NCBI GenBank assembly: GCA_951804945.1
Contig: OX638164.1
Span: forward strand, 21,700,001 to 21,764,000
Direction: 5' to 3'
DNA: 64,000 nucleotides
From: Podarcis cretensis
Taxonomy: Eukaryota
Notes under the pieces: model-generated
Told to the model about the DNA's origin: nothing
Seen by the model: the letters and a program-made list of their open reading frames with translations, nothing else
Database searches by the model: none
Made by a program: the position numbers and the translations under genes
Shown here: piece by piece, positions 61,553-64,000 of the stretch
Layout of the letters: the number at the start of each line of letters is the position of its first letter
How positions within the stretch are numbered: the stretch's first letter is position 1

Positions 61553-64000
61553 CAGTCATTTAGTGTATCTGAAAATCGTGACAGTCTTTTCCCCTCTATC
61601 CTCTTCCTCCTTGAGAGTATACGCTTTCAGAACCCCATCTCTGTAGGATCAGTTATCTCAAACCAGATGTTTCTCAGTTCCCATTGACTCCCCCACCCCA
61701 ATTTGGTTTAAAAGCTGCTTTCTATCCATTTGTTGTTGTTATTTTAAGCACCAATGGCCTGGTTCCATTTTGGTTTAGGTGAAGCATCTGTCCTTTGTAC
61801 AGCCTGCTCCCCAAATGTTCTCCAGTGCCTAGCAAATCTAGATCCCTCATCCTGGTACCACCGGCTTGTCCTTGGCAGTGGAATCTTGTGGCTCTTCCTG
61901 ACTAGTTGGTCTTGCACACGAAACAAGTGATAGCTCCGAAAATGCTATGTTGAAGGGTCTTTTCTTCAACCCTTTACCTAGCAACCTAAAACTGGTTTCC
62001 AGGACCCCTTGATTATAATGTTCAATGGCTAGGCTGATCTATACAATGGTTGCTAATTCCTTCTCCGAACGCAACAGCTTTGCATGAAACCATGATAATA
62101 TGGATGTGAAATGGGGGGGGGGGGAGTGTTAGTCCAAATCAACTTAATAATACCCAGGTGTGCACTTATAATAAATGGAACCTTGTGAATATATGACTGC
62201 ATATATAAAAGAAATGCTCTGAATCAGATAAAAAGTTTAGAAAACTGAAAATAAAATACCGGAAGCTGACATTTGCAAACCAAAGCTAACTTTTAAAGCT
62301 ATACCCATTAGCTATTATTTGTAAGGAACTCACAAGCTGACTTTCTCCATGTACATATGGCAAAATAAACTTATGTGTATTCTTCACAAATGCTGAGGTA
62401 CAAAGAGGTAATATGGGAAGGAAATGTTAGGTGATTCTCTTGAATCCTCCTGTTTGCTGTTAAATAGAGTTTCGGTTCACTTCTGAAACACCTATTGATC
62501 TTGGTGAAATCAAGTTGGATCTATAATTAGCCAAAACCAAATTAAATGCAAATTATGTATGCATGAATAATGGTATATGAATGAGCTAGTGTTCATTTCT
62601 TACTTCCCAAAACCTGATTCACACTTTCTAAATCCCTCAGTATGATTCAGCTACTATTGAAATCTTACCAGAGATGATGCAAGAAAAATGTGTGGGTGAA
62701 TGAATGAATGAATGCAGTTTAACATAACTTATTTGGATTAAGTTGGGTCCTCAGCGTGTGATGCTGAAGTAGGGTGCTTTCACAAGAAATTGGATGTGCA
62801 ACTCTCAAGCTATCTAGAAAAAATAAACTCTTCCCCAAGCATGTGTTATTTTCATGTGTTAAAACATTTGCATCCCTAAAACATTTTAATCCACGTGTTA
62901 AAAATCCATGATAATATGAGCATTAACCAAATGGAGTTTTAAAACCCAGTGAGAATAAACAGAAGAGCACAACAGGAAATTGATAACTAATTAGTTTCAG
63001 GAACAGGAAGCAATCAATAGGAACAGCAAAGCAGTAACCTTTCAGACCCAGCAAGTTCCATAGACTTTCTGAATAGCATTTGATTCACCTCTCATCTGGA
63101 GACATCAACAGATATTTACAATATTTACAGGTACAGTGCTTTGCTACATCTATTATTATTATGCCAACTGTGTCAATCTGTAGTATTGTTTATGGGCAGC
63201 ACTTATCAGGTGACCTAGCCAATGTGTGTCTCTAAGTGATCCCTTCAGCATCCAGATATCTCACTGTTGCTGGTTGCCACTAACACCTGCTTGGCTCCAA
63301 CAACTGCTACAACAGGTATTTTGCTCCAGGCGAGTATGGAGTGCTGGTGGGTGGTTTTGCAGCGGCATTTTTGTGTTTTTCTCCCTTTCTGCTCCAGCAC
63401 AGTCATCTGCACATGTGTGCGTGTGTGTGTGTTCGTCAAAGGTGGAGAACCTGTTGATCTCCAGATGTAATTGGATCCAAGCTCTCATGATCCCAGTCAG
63501 CAATGGCCAATGGGAAGATGGGCATCCATCAATGTTTGGAGGTTCCCCATCCCTGCAAAATCAAGAGGTAGCCAATTTGGTACTCTCCAGTTATTGCTGG
63601 ACTGCAACTCACATCATCCCAAGCCAGTATAGCCAGTGTTTGGGAATGATGGAAGTTTTAGTCTCATATCACCTGGAGATTCACACTTCCTGGTATGAGT
63701 AAGAGCCACAGAAATGGTGGAGGTGAAAGAACACCTAATGGTTCTACAACGAAAGCTAGGTTCTGTTGCTTACACTCTCAACACTCTGGCTCCAAGCCTG
63801 CCCCATATGAAGAATCCTCAAGAAATGCATTATGTGCAACCCATTTGTGCCTTGCTAGGAACTCAAGGAAGCTTCCCAAGGTAAACCACCACCATATTCA
63901 CCCATAAATCCAGTATCTTGGTGTTGTGGCTGTTTTTCTTCATGGAGGCTCAGCACAGCATGCTGCCAAAAATAAATGCAAAAATAAATGAAATAAATAA

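Noticed and set aside
63000-63700. Possible exons of another gene upstream of ATP12A
   Set aside because: Some AG/GT pairs exist, but there is no consistent multi-exon frame or recognisable protein

Overview
Vertebrate genomic DNA, very likely a squamate (probably lacertid-like) lizard, judged from Sauria SINEs, Bov-B, L2, CR1, L1 and many hAT/Tc1-mariner MITEs. Three spliced protein-coding genes can be built from splice sites and reading-frame continuity. (1) The last 10 exons (532 aa plus stop, 973-14528, +) of a large uncharacterised gene that begins before the window. (2) A complete 6-exon, 159-aa gene (18655-26606, +) resembling the CXorf65/C22orf15 family. It is not visible as one ORF in the track, and a CCAAT/forkhead/RFX X-box cluster upstream suggests a cilia or sperm gene. 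(3) A complete 23-exon ATP12A (non-gastric H+/K+-ATPase alpha, 1033 aa, 58007-33128, -), convergent with the other two. Non-coding highlights: a Penelope-like insertion in ATP12A intron 1 forming a perfect 94-bp inverted repeat that carries a minimal hammerhead ribozyme; a young 5'-truncated L1 with about 1100 unbroken ORF2 codons; and a hAT MITE with an internal TTAGGG-containing minisatellite. Family assignments come from recalled motifs, not database searches.
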